NCBI GenBank assembly: GCA_964016885.1
Contig: OZ024742.1
Location: 317,812,001 to 317,876,000, forward strand
DNA length: 64,000 bases
From: Eledone cirrhosa
Taxonomy: Eukaryota
Direction: 5' to 3'
In this document: positions 44,081-57,598 of the stretch, in pieces
Layout: each line of letters begins with the position of its first letter
Position numbering within the stretch: the first letter of the stretch is position 1
Translations under genes and position numbers: made by a program
The notes under the pieces: generated by a model
Database searches by the model: none
The model's input: the letters and a program-made list of their open reading frames with translations, nothing else
What the model was told of the DNA's origin: nothing

Positions 44081-45713
44081 CCTGTGTCAGTGTTGAACAA
44101 AAAGGTGACGTGGTTGCCTTAACACCGTATGGCATAAATTCAGGCTGTTCAGTTTGTTTACAAACGAACAAAGCGACGTTATAATAAGCGCCGCTAAACT
44201 GATACGTGCATATATGTATGTGTACCTGTATGCATATGTATGTATATATGTATATATATGTGCATGCTACTGTACGTCTGTATACATATATGTATGTACG
44301 TATACATGCATACTTACATTTAAGTAAGTGCCATACTAAGAGTGAGAAATGAAATTTCGTTTTCATTTTGTTTCAATTTATCGTTTTCGGTATGCCTGAC
44401 CGATTTAACTCACTCAATATGCAAATTAGGCTGCTCAGCCTTAATTTTCATAAGGGAAGTATATACTTTCGAACGTTCAACTATCTGGCAGATGGGTAAA
44501 CGGTGCTGATGATAGCTAACAAGCTTGAAACTAGTACATCGTTCCTGTGTCAGTGTTGAACAAAAAGGTGACGTGGTTGCCTTAACACCGTATGGCATAA
44601 ATTCAGGCTGTTCAGTTTGTTTACAAACGAACAAAGCGACGTTATAATAAGCGCCGCTAAACTGATACGTGCATATATGTATGTGTACCTGTATGCATAT
44701 GTATATATATATATATATGTGCATGCTACTGTACGTCTGTATACATATATGTATGTACGTATACATGCATACTTACATTTAAGTAAGTGCCATACTAAGA
44801 GTAAGAAATGAAATTTCGTTTTCATTTTGTTTCAATTTATCGTTTTCGGTATGCCTGACCGATTTAACTCACTCAATATGCAAATTAGGCTGCTCAGCCG
44901 TTAATTTTCATGAGGAAAGTATATACTTTCGAACGTTCAACTATCTGGCAGATGGGTAAACGGTGCTGATGATAGCTAACAAGCTTGAAACTAGTACATC
45001 GTTCCTGTGTCAGTGTTGAACAAAAAGGTGACGTGGTTGCCTTAACACCGTATGGCATAAATTCAGGCTGTTCAGTTTGTTTACAAACGAACAAAGCGAC
45101 GTTATAATAAGCGCCGCTAAACTGATACGTGCATATATGTATGTGTACCTGTATGCATATGTATATATATATATATATGTGCATGCTACTGTACGTCTGT
45201 ATACATATATGTATGTACGTATACATGCATACTTACATTTAAGTAAGTGCCATACTAAGAGTGAGAAATGAAATTTCGTTTTCATTTTGTTTCAATTTAT
45301 CGTTTTCGGTATGCCTGACCGATTTAACTCACTCAATATGCAAATTAGGCTGCTCAGCCGTTAATTTTCATGAGGAAAGTATATACTTTCGAACGTTCAA
45401 CTATCTGGCAGATGGGTAAACGGTGCTGATGATAGCTAACAAGCTTGAAACTAGTACATCGTTCCTGTGTCAGTGTTGAACAAAAAGGTGACGTGGTTGC
45501 CTTAACACCGTTGCCTTAACACCGTATGGCATAAATTCAGGCTGTTCAGTTTGTTTACAAACGAACAAAGCGACGTTATAATAAGCGCCGCTAAACTGAT
45601 ACGTGCATATATGTATGTGTACCTGTATGCATATGTATGTATATATGTATATATATGTGCATGCTACTGTACGTCTGTATACATATATGTATGTACGTAT
45701 ACATGCATACTTA

Positions 45714-46013
<300 letters not shown>

Positions 46014-46017
46014 TATA

Positions 46018-46209
<192 letters not shown>

Positions 46210-46223
46210 ATATATATATATAT

Positions 46224-46423
46224 NNNNNNNNNNNNNNNNNNNNNNNNNNNNNNNNNNNNNNNNNNNNNNNNNNNNNNNNNNNNNNNNNNNNNNNNNNNNN
46301 NNNNNNNNNNNNNNNNNNNNNNNNNNNNNNNNNNNNNNNNNNNNNNNNNNNNNNNNNNNNNNNNNNNNNNNNNNNNNNNNNNNNNNNNNNNNNNNNNNNN
46401 NNNNNNNNNNNNNNNNNNNNNNN
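46224..46423. other. Assembly gap (200 N)
   Basis: Run of N. Confidence 1.
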
Positions 46424-46604
46424 GTTTTAAGTTTTTAAGTTTTTACAGGTTGCGCATTTCTAAATGCTTTTCAAAAATAATTTTGAGATAGAGTGTCCGT
46501 GCTGTTTGCTCTGATCAGAGCAAACAGCACGGACACTCTATCTCAAAATTATTTTTGAAAAGCATTTAGAAATGCGCAACCTGTAAAACTTAAAAACTTA
46601 AAAC
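46424..46604. repeat. ~90-bp-arm palindrome next to the gap
   Basis: Centre CTGA|TCAG at 46514/46515. Confidence 0.9.
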
Positions 46605-46724
46605 CACAACTGAATACTAACCCATATTCCTAATTAAACCATTTTTCAACTGTGAACAATTTGTCAGCATTTTCTATTCCGTTGACCAATATATAATAAC
46701 TTGTGTGTTACACCTCTATTCTTT

Positions 46725-46776
<52 letters not shown>

Positions 46777-46786
46777 AACCAGTAAG

Positions 46787-46880
46787 ACCCCGACGGCTGA
46801 GCTCAAGCCGTTTCGACGGCTATTTCTGGACTAAATGACAATTTATCCTGGTATTTAAATAGCCGAGCTTCTCAAGGGGT
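46787..46880 (-). ncRNA. Type I hammerhead ribozyme, U3-A8 variant core, long stem II
   Basis: Minus strand ACCCC-TTGAGAA-gctCGGCTATTT...AAATAGCCGtc-GAAA-CGGCttgagctcaGCCG-TC-GGGGT. Confidence 0.82.
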
Positions 46881-46982
46881 AATTCCATATATGGGAAATA
46901 GAGGAACCAGGTGGACCATAACGCACCAAAGTACTCAATACTTAGGGTAGTAAAGTGGGTAATAGGAACCACATTTCCTTCG

Positions 46983-47016
<34 letters not shown>

Positions 47017-47019
<3 letters not shown>

Positions 47020-47234
47020 CGAAACATAAGTCAATTGAATGAATTCATAATCCTTTATTTACTGCTATATATATTTCGATGATAGCCATATATATATAGC
47101 AGTAAATAAAGGATTATGACTTCATGCAATTGACTTATGTTTCGTCAATATTATAACTCCGGAAATTATATCTTTTGAGTGCTCCCTATCCGCATACTGA
47201 AGTACTGGATTTTACCAACACTAACTTTCTTGCT
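47017..47234. mobile_element. Miniature fold-back related to the 934-2562 family
   Basis: Arms ~47017-47074 and ~47090-47147 contain TATATAGCAGT; tail GAGTGCTCC..GCATACTGA matches the 934-1027 tail. Confidence 0.75.
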
Positions 47235-47329
<95 letters not shown>

Positions 47330-47355
47330 ATACTTTGGGAGGGTCATGTTGCCAA

Positions 47356-47435
<80 letters not shown>

Positions 47436-47491
47436 ATATATATTATATATATATTATATATATATTATATATATATTATATATATATTATA

Positions 47492-47534
<43 letters not shown>

Positions 47535-47567
47535 TATATATATATTATATATATATTATATATATAT

Positions 47568-47599
<32 letters not shown>

Positions 47600-47607
47600 A
47601 TATATAT

Positions 47608-47638
<31 letters not shown>

Positions 47639-47876
47639 ATATATATATTATATATATATTATATCTATATTATATATATTATATGTATATTATATATATA
47701 TTATATATATATTATATATATATTATATATATATATAATATATAATAACTAGAAATTGATTAACATATAAATAAACATGAATAATCACAGGAGATAATTT
47801 TTACAAGTGTGTAAGCACGCATAGCTAGGTAGGTAACTAAATAAACTATAATATATATATATATTATTTATATATA

Positions 47877-47915
<39 letters not shown>

Positions 47916-48096
47916 TTTTTGATAATTAATTAAGAAGAGGATAGTTACGATGACAACTACGGGTGTGTGTCTCTCTTAGATCTCTTCAGTGAAGCATTAT
48001 ATAACACGTAGCCACCAAACCTTAGAAAGACTTGGAAAAGACACACATTTTGGTATTATTCGAAAACCAGTCGAGTCATGTTATTTCATATGTCAG

Positions 48097-48285
48097 AAGG
48101 GCGGTGGATTGGCAGTATTGGTAGAGAGTCGGACACCATGCTTTGACGTATAGAGTTACGGCCCTTGCTATTCTGAGTTCAAATCCCGCCGAGGTTAACT
48201 TTGCCTTTCATCCTTACGGGGTCGATAAAATAAAGTACCAATAATACATTGGGTAATTGCTGGCCTTGTGCCTAACGTAGAAACA
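48097..48285 (+). mobile_element. Full SINE with 17-bp TSD GTTATTTCATATGTCAG
   Basis: TSD at 48080-48096 and 48286-48302; tRNA-like head plus MetaSINE-like domain. Confidence 0.88.
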
Positions 48286-48609
48286 GTTATTTCATATGTC
48301 AGCTTTTCTTCAGCTACATCTGCTATCACCTTCCTATGTGATACTTAGTACAATAATAAATACCCATCAATGTATGTGTACATTCTTCCAATTCGTGGAT
48401 TCCTACATGGTGTTAATGTCGCATTCAATATGTTAAACTTTAACGTTAACACGTTCAAATTCAATATCAACAGGCAACGATTTCGGTCTTACCAACATTT
48501 ATTGCTGTCACAAACAAAACCACTGTTTCGGCGAGATAAAATTTTACAAACATCTTCGAATTCATTGCCTGTTAAGAAGACATTAAGACAGAAAATCCAT
48601 CCATAATAT

Positions 48610-48665
<56 letters not shown>

Positions 48666-48679
48666 TTTATATATCATTA

Positions 48680-48826
48680 TTTGGCAGTATCGGTATAGGG
48701 TCTGACGCCATTCTGAGTTCAAATCCCGCCGAGGTTAACTTTGCCTTTTATCCTTACGGGGTCGATAAAATAAAGTACCAGTAATGTACTGGGTAATTGC
48801 TGGCCTTGTGCCAATAGTAGAAACAA
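48680..48826 (+). mobile_element. SINE copy (internally deleted)
   Basis: Near-identical to 48170-48285. Confidence 0.85.
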
Positions 48827-49022
48827 TTATTTAATGTAGAAATTACTTCTACTGGACTAAAACTGTTTCATTCATATGAAATCACCAGGAATGATGATTT
48901 CATACGAATGAAACATTCCTAGTCACATAGAAGCCATTTCTACATTAAATAATGATGTTCACACTCTACTAATGTATTGAGTACTTTATCAACTGTGGTT
49001 AACCCCGATTTAACTCGGAATG
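48827..49022. mobile_element. Old diverged miniature fold-back (family of 28571 HHR)
   Basis: Two decayed HHR cores back to back around ~48890; tail with ACTC...GAGT. Confidence 0.7.
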
Positions 49023-49926
49023 TATATATACACAAGTGTGTGTGTGTGTGTGTGTGTTTATATATATATATATATATTGTTATACTCCAATTTATTATAA
49101 ATTAAATTTATAAATTTCCGGTTTTTGTAAGCCCGTATTTTGTATATCATGCCGCATACATCACCCCCACCAAAAATCACATCGCCTTACACCCCTCATC
49201 TTTGCAACATTGTGTTCTATCTGTCCTCTCTGTCAGGTTTTACCTTGCAATTCATAGTAACATCTGATCCTGTAAATATAATGTCGATCATATCACCCCA
49301 TCGCCACCACCACCACCACCGCACACATCGTTATATGTCTACCATCCCACACCCGGAACCTTATTCCCCCCATGTTCCCTCTGTCTGCCCTAACCTACAA
49401 CCCCACGCAAAATTCGATCCTGTAAATGTACTGTCGCACACACCACCACCGCCACCACTAGATACATCCACATACTTCAACAATCATTAACATCATCAAC
49501 ACATATTATTCCTCACTCACAGAATAACTGTGTTATATCTGCCCTTTCCATCTGCTTTACCCTGTAACCCACCGTAACATCTGATCATGTAATCATATTG
49601 TTGAACATATCACCCCATCACCACCATCACCACCATCACCACAACACACATCGCTATACGTCCACAAACTTTTTCCCCCCGTGTTTCCTATGTCACCTTT
49701 TAACCTGTAACCCATCGTATTATTCGATCCTGTATATTTTTGTCGCTCACAACTCCACCACCGCCACGACAAGGCACAACTCCATACCTCAACAATCATT
49801 AACTTCACTAACATCGCCAACACATAATTTCCCTCTCGAACCAACGAATGCGTGTGTGTCTGTGTGTAAGTATATTTATATTTATCTATATGTACGTATA
49901 TATATATATGTGTGTGTGTGTATGTG

Positions 49927-49969
<43 letters not shown>

Positions 49970-49973
<4 letters not shown>

Positions 49974-50513
49974 ATGAGAAGAAAGAATACTGCGTGGTTG
50001 CACATGGGTTACATATGATAAAAATAGTCCTTCGTCAGTGATTTTCCAACCTTCATTGGTATTTCATCGCTTTGAAAATCATATACCTCCGGTTGGTGCG
50101 AGCAATAGCTAAATAAAGCTATTGGGACAAGTAAATCGCGTAAAGCGAGCGAGACAGTAAACAACAAGGAAGGATAGCAACGCAAAGATAGGAAAAAACA
50201 GGCAGCATGGGGATCCGGTCAGCTTAAGCTGTGTGGATTTCATGAGCGAGGGAAATACAGACCTTCCGACGTGAGTGAGATGTGAGCAAGAAGAGAACCC
50301 ACTACAGGCCAAACGAGAGGAAGTGAGAAGGGGAGAAACAGAGAGTGAGTGAGTGGAAGTGCGAGGAAGAGGCCAGTCGAGAGAAAGTGTAACTGACAGA
50401 GGGGGCGAAAGAAGGTGAGAGAAACAGAGAGAGCGAGGAAGCAGTAAGAGAGAAACAGACAAACGCAGCTGAGGAAAATATATATAAAAACATGAGAAGA
50501 AAGAATACTGCGT
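49970..50513. mobile_element. 518-bp unit with ~25-bp terminal redundancy in (TA)n
   Basis: CATGAGAAGAAAGAATACTGCGT occurs at 49973 and 50491. Confidence 0.5.
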
Positions 50514-51333
50514 ATATATATATATATGTGTGTGTGTATGTGTATGTGTTTATATGTGTATGTGTGTGTGTATGTGTATGTGTCTATATGTATATATGCA
50601 TGTGTGTGTATGTGTGTGTATGTATGTGTGTATGAATGTGTATGTCTATATGTACAATACCATCTCCATTGGCTCTCACTCCCACTCTCTCTATATATCC
50701 ACGCGCGCGCATGCGCATATATATGTGTGTGTATATATGCATATAAATATATGTATGTGTAGATGTATGTGGGCGTGTGTATGTGTGTGTATATAAGTGT
50801 GTATGTATATATGTCAGTATATATGCGCATGTATATGTATACAACGTATATGGCAGACTAAGAGTGTCTAGGTATGTATCTCCCCATGGACTCGACACCA
50901 CCAACACATCCACCACACCACCACAAACGCCATTACCATAAACAACAACACCACACCCACACCACACACAATAACCAGCCACAAATATACGCCAACCTGT
51001 CTACCGACAATCCACTGCCCCCACTCCACATCCATCCCAGTCAGCGACCGTCACCACCATCTTATCCTCACATCCACCCCAACATACACTACAGGCGAAT
51101 ACATCCCTATGATCTTTTCCACCAATCAAAACAAGCCATATTGACCAACATATGAACTTCTGACTTTACCATATAGCATGTATTCATTTTCTTATAGCAT
51201 TTTAAAGAGTCCGTCGACCTGCCGATTATTGAGTCGGGTAAGATCGATACAGATCGAACCTTGTGCTGATCAGTGGCGAAACGCGCGTCACCTACCAATA
51301 AATGAAGGAGTAACCAATCATCCTTGTTATCCT

Positions 51334-51372
<39 letters not shown>

Positions 51373-51962
51373 GCCATTTCTATATTAAATATATACATAT
51401 ATATATATATAGAGAGAGAGAGAGGGGGGGGGGGCAAAAATGTATATATACTTTGATTAGAATACTGTGGAAGTGTATATACATAATATGTATATGCTTA
51501 AACCTATATACATATGCCTGTAAATGTATATACACAGACGCATATAAGTAAGGATGGGTGGATCTAACAAGTACTATGAGATGATGAGATGAGAAGAATA
51601 ATCCGTACGTAGTTCGACAAAAAGCAAAACATGGCGTGCATTGATGAAAGAAAATCCTTGCCTTGCAGCTTTATACTCTGAACGAAAAGAAGATTGGTAA
51701 GTGTTATTGTTTAGCTGATTCTAAAGGAGGCTCCAAGTAAAAAGACTGACAATATCGTTCGATCACGGACACCACCAACACAAAAGTGTTTTGTTGATAT
51801 TAACAATAGTTTGTATTGGTTATATAGTTGTATGCATGTGATATTATGCAGTTTGTTATTTCCGTTTTAGTCATTATTTGTTGCCTTGGTAATTCTGTTT
51901 ACTAATCTTTAAGTCGCCAGAGTTCGGAAGTACACAACTAATAAATTAATACTTTATGTCTA

Positions 51963-52016
<54 letters not shown>

Positions 52017-52479
52017 GGCGACCTACGTAGGAAATCGTATTATCGTGAGCTCCGCAAAGGTTTGTTGTTTTCAGTTGTTTCAAATTGCCATTTATGGAAA
52101 TTTTTTGTTGTTAAGTGTTTATAAGTTCACATATATTGCTTTCTGAAAAGGACACTCAAAAAGATTGGGGCCTTGAGCCCAAAATTTAAACGTTTATAAT
52201 TATCAAACAAAAAATTTCTTTGAAAAAATCATAGACGTCTCACAGCCACACCAAGCTGACAGCCTTCTTCACAAACTAACACCTCACACTAACACCACCA
52301 TTGTAAATATTACTACGTTTGCCAACACTAAAAATATAAGCAGTAGCAATAATTTAAATTTGTCTCATGCAGACATTCATTTCCCGCCATTACCAATAAC
52401 TGCAGGTGTTAAAGCCGCCAACCCCCACCACCACCACAGCAACAACAGAAACAAAAGAAAAAATAAATTATTATCTCGT

Positions 52480-53944
52480 GACATGGAAATGGATTCACCC
52501 AGAATGGACTCTTCCACACCGAACACCACTGACGCCACCACCACCACAACTGAAACTAAAAATAACAATAACAAATATAACAATAACAACAACAGCAACA
52601 CCAACAATGAGAATAACAACAAAAACATCAACACCACCGCAAATGTGTCGTTTGCCAAAGCAGCCAAGAAATGCGAAACAATCGAGGTAACTCAGGAGGA
52701 ATTAAATGAAGCCAAGAGAATGGTAAAGAAAGATGAGTACAGGGTCAGACTCACCCCACCCACCCACCCCATCCCACCACACCTAATAAAATGGTAGAGC
52801 ATCGGAGCCTATGCACCGTGTCTTATCGGACGATTAACACAAAATTGCGCCGAGTGGAACGGGCATCCGAGTCCCAAATCCAAAAAGCTTTGGGACGTGT
52901 GTGGGCGAAAAAAACCCACATCAGACGTGGGCAGAAATATGAAACCGTGAAGGTGTTCTTTGGAACACCACAGGAGGCCAGAGAGCACTCCATAGCCCCA
53001 TTAAGAAGCGACGACTTCATACTCATCCCAAGCTATTGTGGCCAGAGACTCGTGAAGATCAGGGTGACCCACGGTCCACCGGCCATCGAAATTCCCTGGC
53101 TAATGGCTGCCGTCCTCGCCGGCATCGAGGCTAACACCAAAATAATTGAAATATCAAAAGAAAAGCAGGAGAACTGGTCCGTATCTGGGATGGAGCTCCT
53201 GATCCAAGCGGACCAAAAAAGCATTTAGGAAATCCCAGAGGTAATAGACCTCACTGACGGCAGCCACCTCACCGTAATCGTCGAGGGTAGAAGGCCTAGG
53301 TGTGTCGTTTGTGGTGAAGGAACCCAACTAAAGGCTTTCTGCCCTCGGGCTAAAAAGTTGAGGCCACCTCTCTTACCCACCCCAGTGACTCAACCATCAC
53401 CACCACCAGCAGCAGAGATGGCAGCAACAACTGTAGCCACAACAACAGAAGCAACTGTAGCAGCAACAACCCCAGCAACAGTAGCAAAACCAACACCACC
53501 ACCACCCACCCGCCAGATCTAACACCAGCGCCTCCACCATCCACCACGCCACAACCAAAACCAACGCCTGTGGAGGATTTTCCACTCCCCGACCTATCGC
53601 AACTGGAGACAGATTGTGACGAGAAGGAGTGGGAAACTGTATCAGGAAAAAAGAAAAGAGAAAAAGAAGCCAAAAAAGAAAAAAATCCTCTTCCTTCCCC
53701 CTCCAAAAACAAAATACAGAGGGAAACAAATAAACTATCAAACAGAAAAGTTAGGACAGCTATGCCAGCATCCACACCAGCATCACCAACCCCATCACCA
53801 CAAACACCAACACCATCACCATCATTAACCCCAACACCACCATCACCAACACCACAAAAGTCACCAAAAAGTGAAACAGAAACAAACCCACAACAAACGC
53901 AAACAAAACAAAACACCCAAAACGATACACTTACACAGCATTAA
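52480..53944 (+). pseudogene. LINE ORF1 remnant (zinc-knuckle-like motif, Pro/Thr-rich tail)
   Basis: SFAKAAK; VEGRRPRCVVCGEGTQLKAFCP; WETVSGKKKR; stops and frameshifts. Confidence 0.7.
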
Positions 53945-54256
53945 ATTTGAACAAAAACCAATTATTACACTATATCCAACACAACACCAGCATCACAGAA
54001 AAAGACTACACACCACCCCAAAAGTTCACACCACCTCCATAGATACAAATCACTCGCATCACACAGAAAACGTACACGACACTAAAACAAAAATTCCCCA
54101 AAGATATCGGAGACTTCCGACAAGCACTCTCCAGGAGGATTTATAAGGACATGCTTCCGGAGGAGGCCACAAGCAGTGAAAAGGATGGAGAAACCATCCT
54201 TCCTCTACGAGAAATAAGATAAGTGGTCTTTCCTATCTTTTCCACTCCTTTTCAAC

Positions 54257-57200
54257 ATGACCTCACTCAGAATAGGTAGCATAAATGCGCGTGGCTTGGG
54301 GTCGTCATGGAAGCAGGGCCACCTGCTCAACGACCTCAGGTCACTAAACATAGATGTAGTGGCCATCAGCGAGTCCAGAATCTCCGAAGCACGGGCCTTC
54401 GCACCGATCTTCGGCGGCTACAATGTGTACGCATCTCCCAGCCGTCCTGGATCGGGGGGAGGAGTTGCTGTGCTTTTTCGGAGAGGTTTGGATCTCGCCA
54501 TACGGGCCATCTTCCTGGACCCAGAAGGTAAGTTGGTGGTGCTGAACGTGGCCAGCGGAGACGGGCAAGCTTTCAGGCTAGTGGCTGTCTATGCCCCGAC
54601 AGGAGCAGGGCGGCCTGATTTCTTCCGGCGTCTGGAGACCTTTCTTGGAACGTCCCGCTCTTTAGTGTTAGTGGGCGACTGGAACAGGATCTTAGATGCA
54701 CGCTGGGACTGTGAGGTATTAGCGGATAGGGGGAGGGTGCAAGAGCCTCACCAACCTGCTCAGGCGTTTTGAACTGTCTGACAGGTACCGATTGAATTTC
54801 CCGAATGTGCCAATGTGAACTTGGACAAACCCCATCGGGTCATCCAGATCATATCTAGATAGAGTATTTTGTAGGGAAATAGATAGGTCTAGCATAGGCA
54901 GTCCACAATTCAAGATAGTCAGCTACACGGACCACAAATTTGTGATCTGTGTGGTTGACTTAGATAGGCTTCATAGAAAAGGACCCGGCTACTGGAAGCT
55001 AAACGCGTCCTTACCAGCGCGCAATGCCTACAGAGACCGGATTAGCGAACTAGTTAAGCGGGCGTTGACGGGGGCCATTGTCAACAACAAGTGGTGGTTT
55101 GCTCTGAAAAGAGCGATTAGAATAGAGTCCATTAGGTTTAGTAAGGCTTTAGCTATAGAGAAAAATAGAGCAGAGGGAGAACTAGTTAGAAAATTAGACG
55201 AGGCGCTTAGCAAAGGCATCGCGACCGACGTACTTGCGGCGAAATTGGCCCTTGACCAATTCTTCAATGCAAAGCACGAAGGCTGCGATGTCAGAACTAG
55301 GGTGCGTGCTCTCAGACACGAGGGGACGAAAGCTGTTCAATGGGCCCGAGTGGCGGAGGCGCCACGTGGCAACAAAGCCACGATCCGGTCTTTGGTGGTC
55401 CACGACGGGCGCATGCTACTCGATCCCGGGAAAATGTGTGAAGCTATTCAGCGACATTTTGCTCAGCTGTTCGGGGGCAGCGGCGGGCCGGGTCGAGCGA
55501 TGGACTTTAGTGTCTACCTCGACGGACTGCCGCGGCACTCGGCCAGAGGCGTAGTGTTCCGAAAAGCCGATAACAGCCGCTGAAGTATGGGAGGCAATGA
55601 CTGGCTGCACAATGGGGTAAATCGCTGGTTTGGATGGTCTGCCCTATGAACTTTACGTACAAATGCCAGACTTGTTCTGGGGCCTCTTGGCGGACGTCTA
55701 CTGCAACCGGCAACAGAACGGGAGAATTCCCAGCTCTGTGAGCCGAGGAGCGGTGGCACTGCTGAGAAAGGATCCGAACAAGGGGGATAATATAGATAAT
55801 TTCAGGCCCATAACTCTGCTAAACACAGAATTCAAAATGTTGGCCAAGGTGCTAGCAAAGAGGTTGGCGCTTGTCGTTGGTGTTCTGATGGGAGAGGCGC
55901 AGACATGCGCCATTCCCGACAGATCCATCCACGACAACTTCCACCTCATGCGATACATCGTAGAGAGGGTAGCTAGGGAACCTGGCACGGGTGGGTTCTT
56001 GATCGGTCGAAAGCTTTCGATAGGGTAGACCATCGTTACCTAGCGGCAGTCCTGAGGGCTGCTGGCTTTGGGCCCCTCTTCAGAGGCTGGATCGCTGCCA
56101 TGCACAACGACATCTGCTCTGTGGTGAGGTGAACGGTCACCTTTCGGAACCGTTCAACATCATGTCCCACTTATCCGTATTGACTCTCGAGCCATTACTG
56201 CACAAATGGAGACGTTGAGGGGTCCCGCACGAACTAGGATGCGGAAGATCCGTGTCAGTATATGCGGACGATGTCACCGTACTGGTGTCGAACGCCAAAC
56301 ACATCGAGGCGATCGTCACTACACTAAGAGAATACGAAACGGTGACAGGAGCAATGATCAACCAGGAAAAGTCAGTGGGCCTGCAGCTCGGCACCTGGAG
56401 ATGCAGGTCCATGCCGTCCACAGCGTCGTCGGGCGCTGGACAGACGGACCGGTTAAATTGCTAGGGGTCTGCTCCGGTCCGGACGTCCAGACGGACAAAA
56501 ACTGGGACGAGGTGACGAGCAGGGTGGCTTCTCTCACCCAGAATGGGCGGCGAGGAAGCTATCCCTGAAAGGTCGAGCGGACTTGGCTAACGCGTACATC
56601 GCGTCCGTCATCTACTACCGCCTGACCGTCGTACCTTGTCCTAAGCCTCGCCTGACTGTGGAAGGGACGCGCTCCGATGGTCAGGCGGTCCATCTGCTGA
56701 CAACACCCGCTACGTGGAGAGCTGGGCATGCCGTGGCTGATGATGCGCAGACACAGGCTCAGGCTACGACATCTCCACCTCTTCCTCGACGGTGATCAAG
56801 TGTGGTCGCCGTTTGCTAGACGCGTCTTTCCCCAGCTCGTCTCCTTGACGGAGCTGTAGTCCTGGGTCAAGCGAAGACCGAGTGGGAGCGTTTGGAGACT
56901 GGAATGTCTTCAGGCGCTCACAGCCCTCGACCAATCGGGCAATGTGATCGGTGGAAACTCCACCTTGGCATTCTATAGAGGATTAGTGGAGGGGAAGAGC
57001 GACGACGTACATGGGGAAACTCTAGGCGTCGACGAAAATCAACTAGCCGATCTCTTCGGAAGAACTTTCGGGTCGGGGCCTATGGACAACTTCCAGAAAT
57101 CCCTGGCCTGGCAGTGCTACCGAGGAGCCTTGCCAGTTCGGGATAAACTCTACAGGCATGGAGGTGCCGTCAGCCTGGCATGTCCGAGATGCGCGTAGGG

Positions 57201-57598
57201 CGACGAAACCGTCCTGCACGCACTCGTCTAGTGTCCGAGCATTGCTGACTTGTGGGTTTATGTCGAACACCTGCTGTCGCGTGTAGGACGGATCCAGCTA
57301 TCAGCTGAGTCCATCGTGAAGATTGCCCCCGCTCTCTTCCTTTAGCCGGGAAAGGCAGGCAATTTTTATCTGTCTGGTGGCCATGACGAAAGAGATAGTA
57401 TGGTGGACACGTTTGAAAGGGCTGAAGACGAGCACTTACCTCTTCGGTGATGCCCTGATTAATTTTTTCAAATTTCATTTGAAAAGGAAAATCAGGGTAG
57501 AGAGGGAAGTGCTCTCTTCCCAGCATTTTGTTGAAAGATGGGTGAGAGAGGCAAGAATGGCCCGAGTGAATGGGCCTACTCTGAGTATGTGTCTGTAA
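54257..57598 (+). pseudogene. LINE ORF2 remnant: APE endonuclease, RT, C-terminal Cys motif
   Basis: SINARGL, ISESR, GGVAVL, VYAP, GDWN, YLDR, TDH; DGLPYE, NFRPITLLN, KAFDRV, YADD; CPRC...ETVLHAL..C; multiple frameshifts; motif B' (QG) appears deleted. Confidence 0.92.

Noticed and set aside
46424-46604. Gap-adjacent palindrome as a member of the HHR fold-back system
   Set aside because: No HHR or ORF to orient it, and its position at a contig end makes an artefact plausible
51236-51300. GAAACGCGCGTC followed by AATAAA, resembling an HHR 3' half
   Set aside because: No intact CUGANGA core or stem I; possibly a decayed PLE end
51620-51702. Exon candidate ending at GTAAGT
   Set aside because: No acceptor and an upstream stop; WRAL...PC plus the TAAG tail looks more like an RTE LINE 3' remnant
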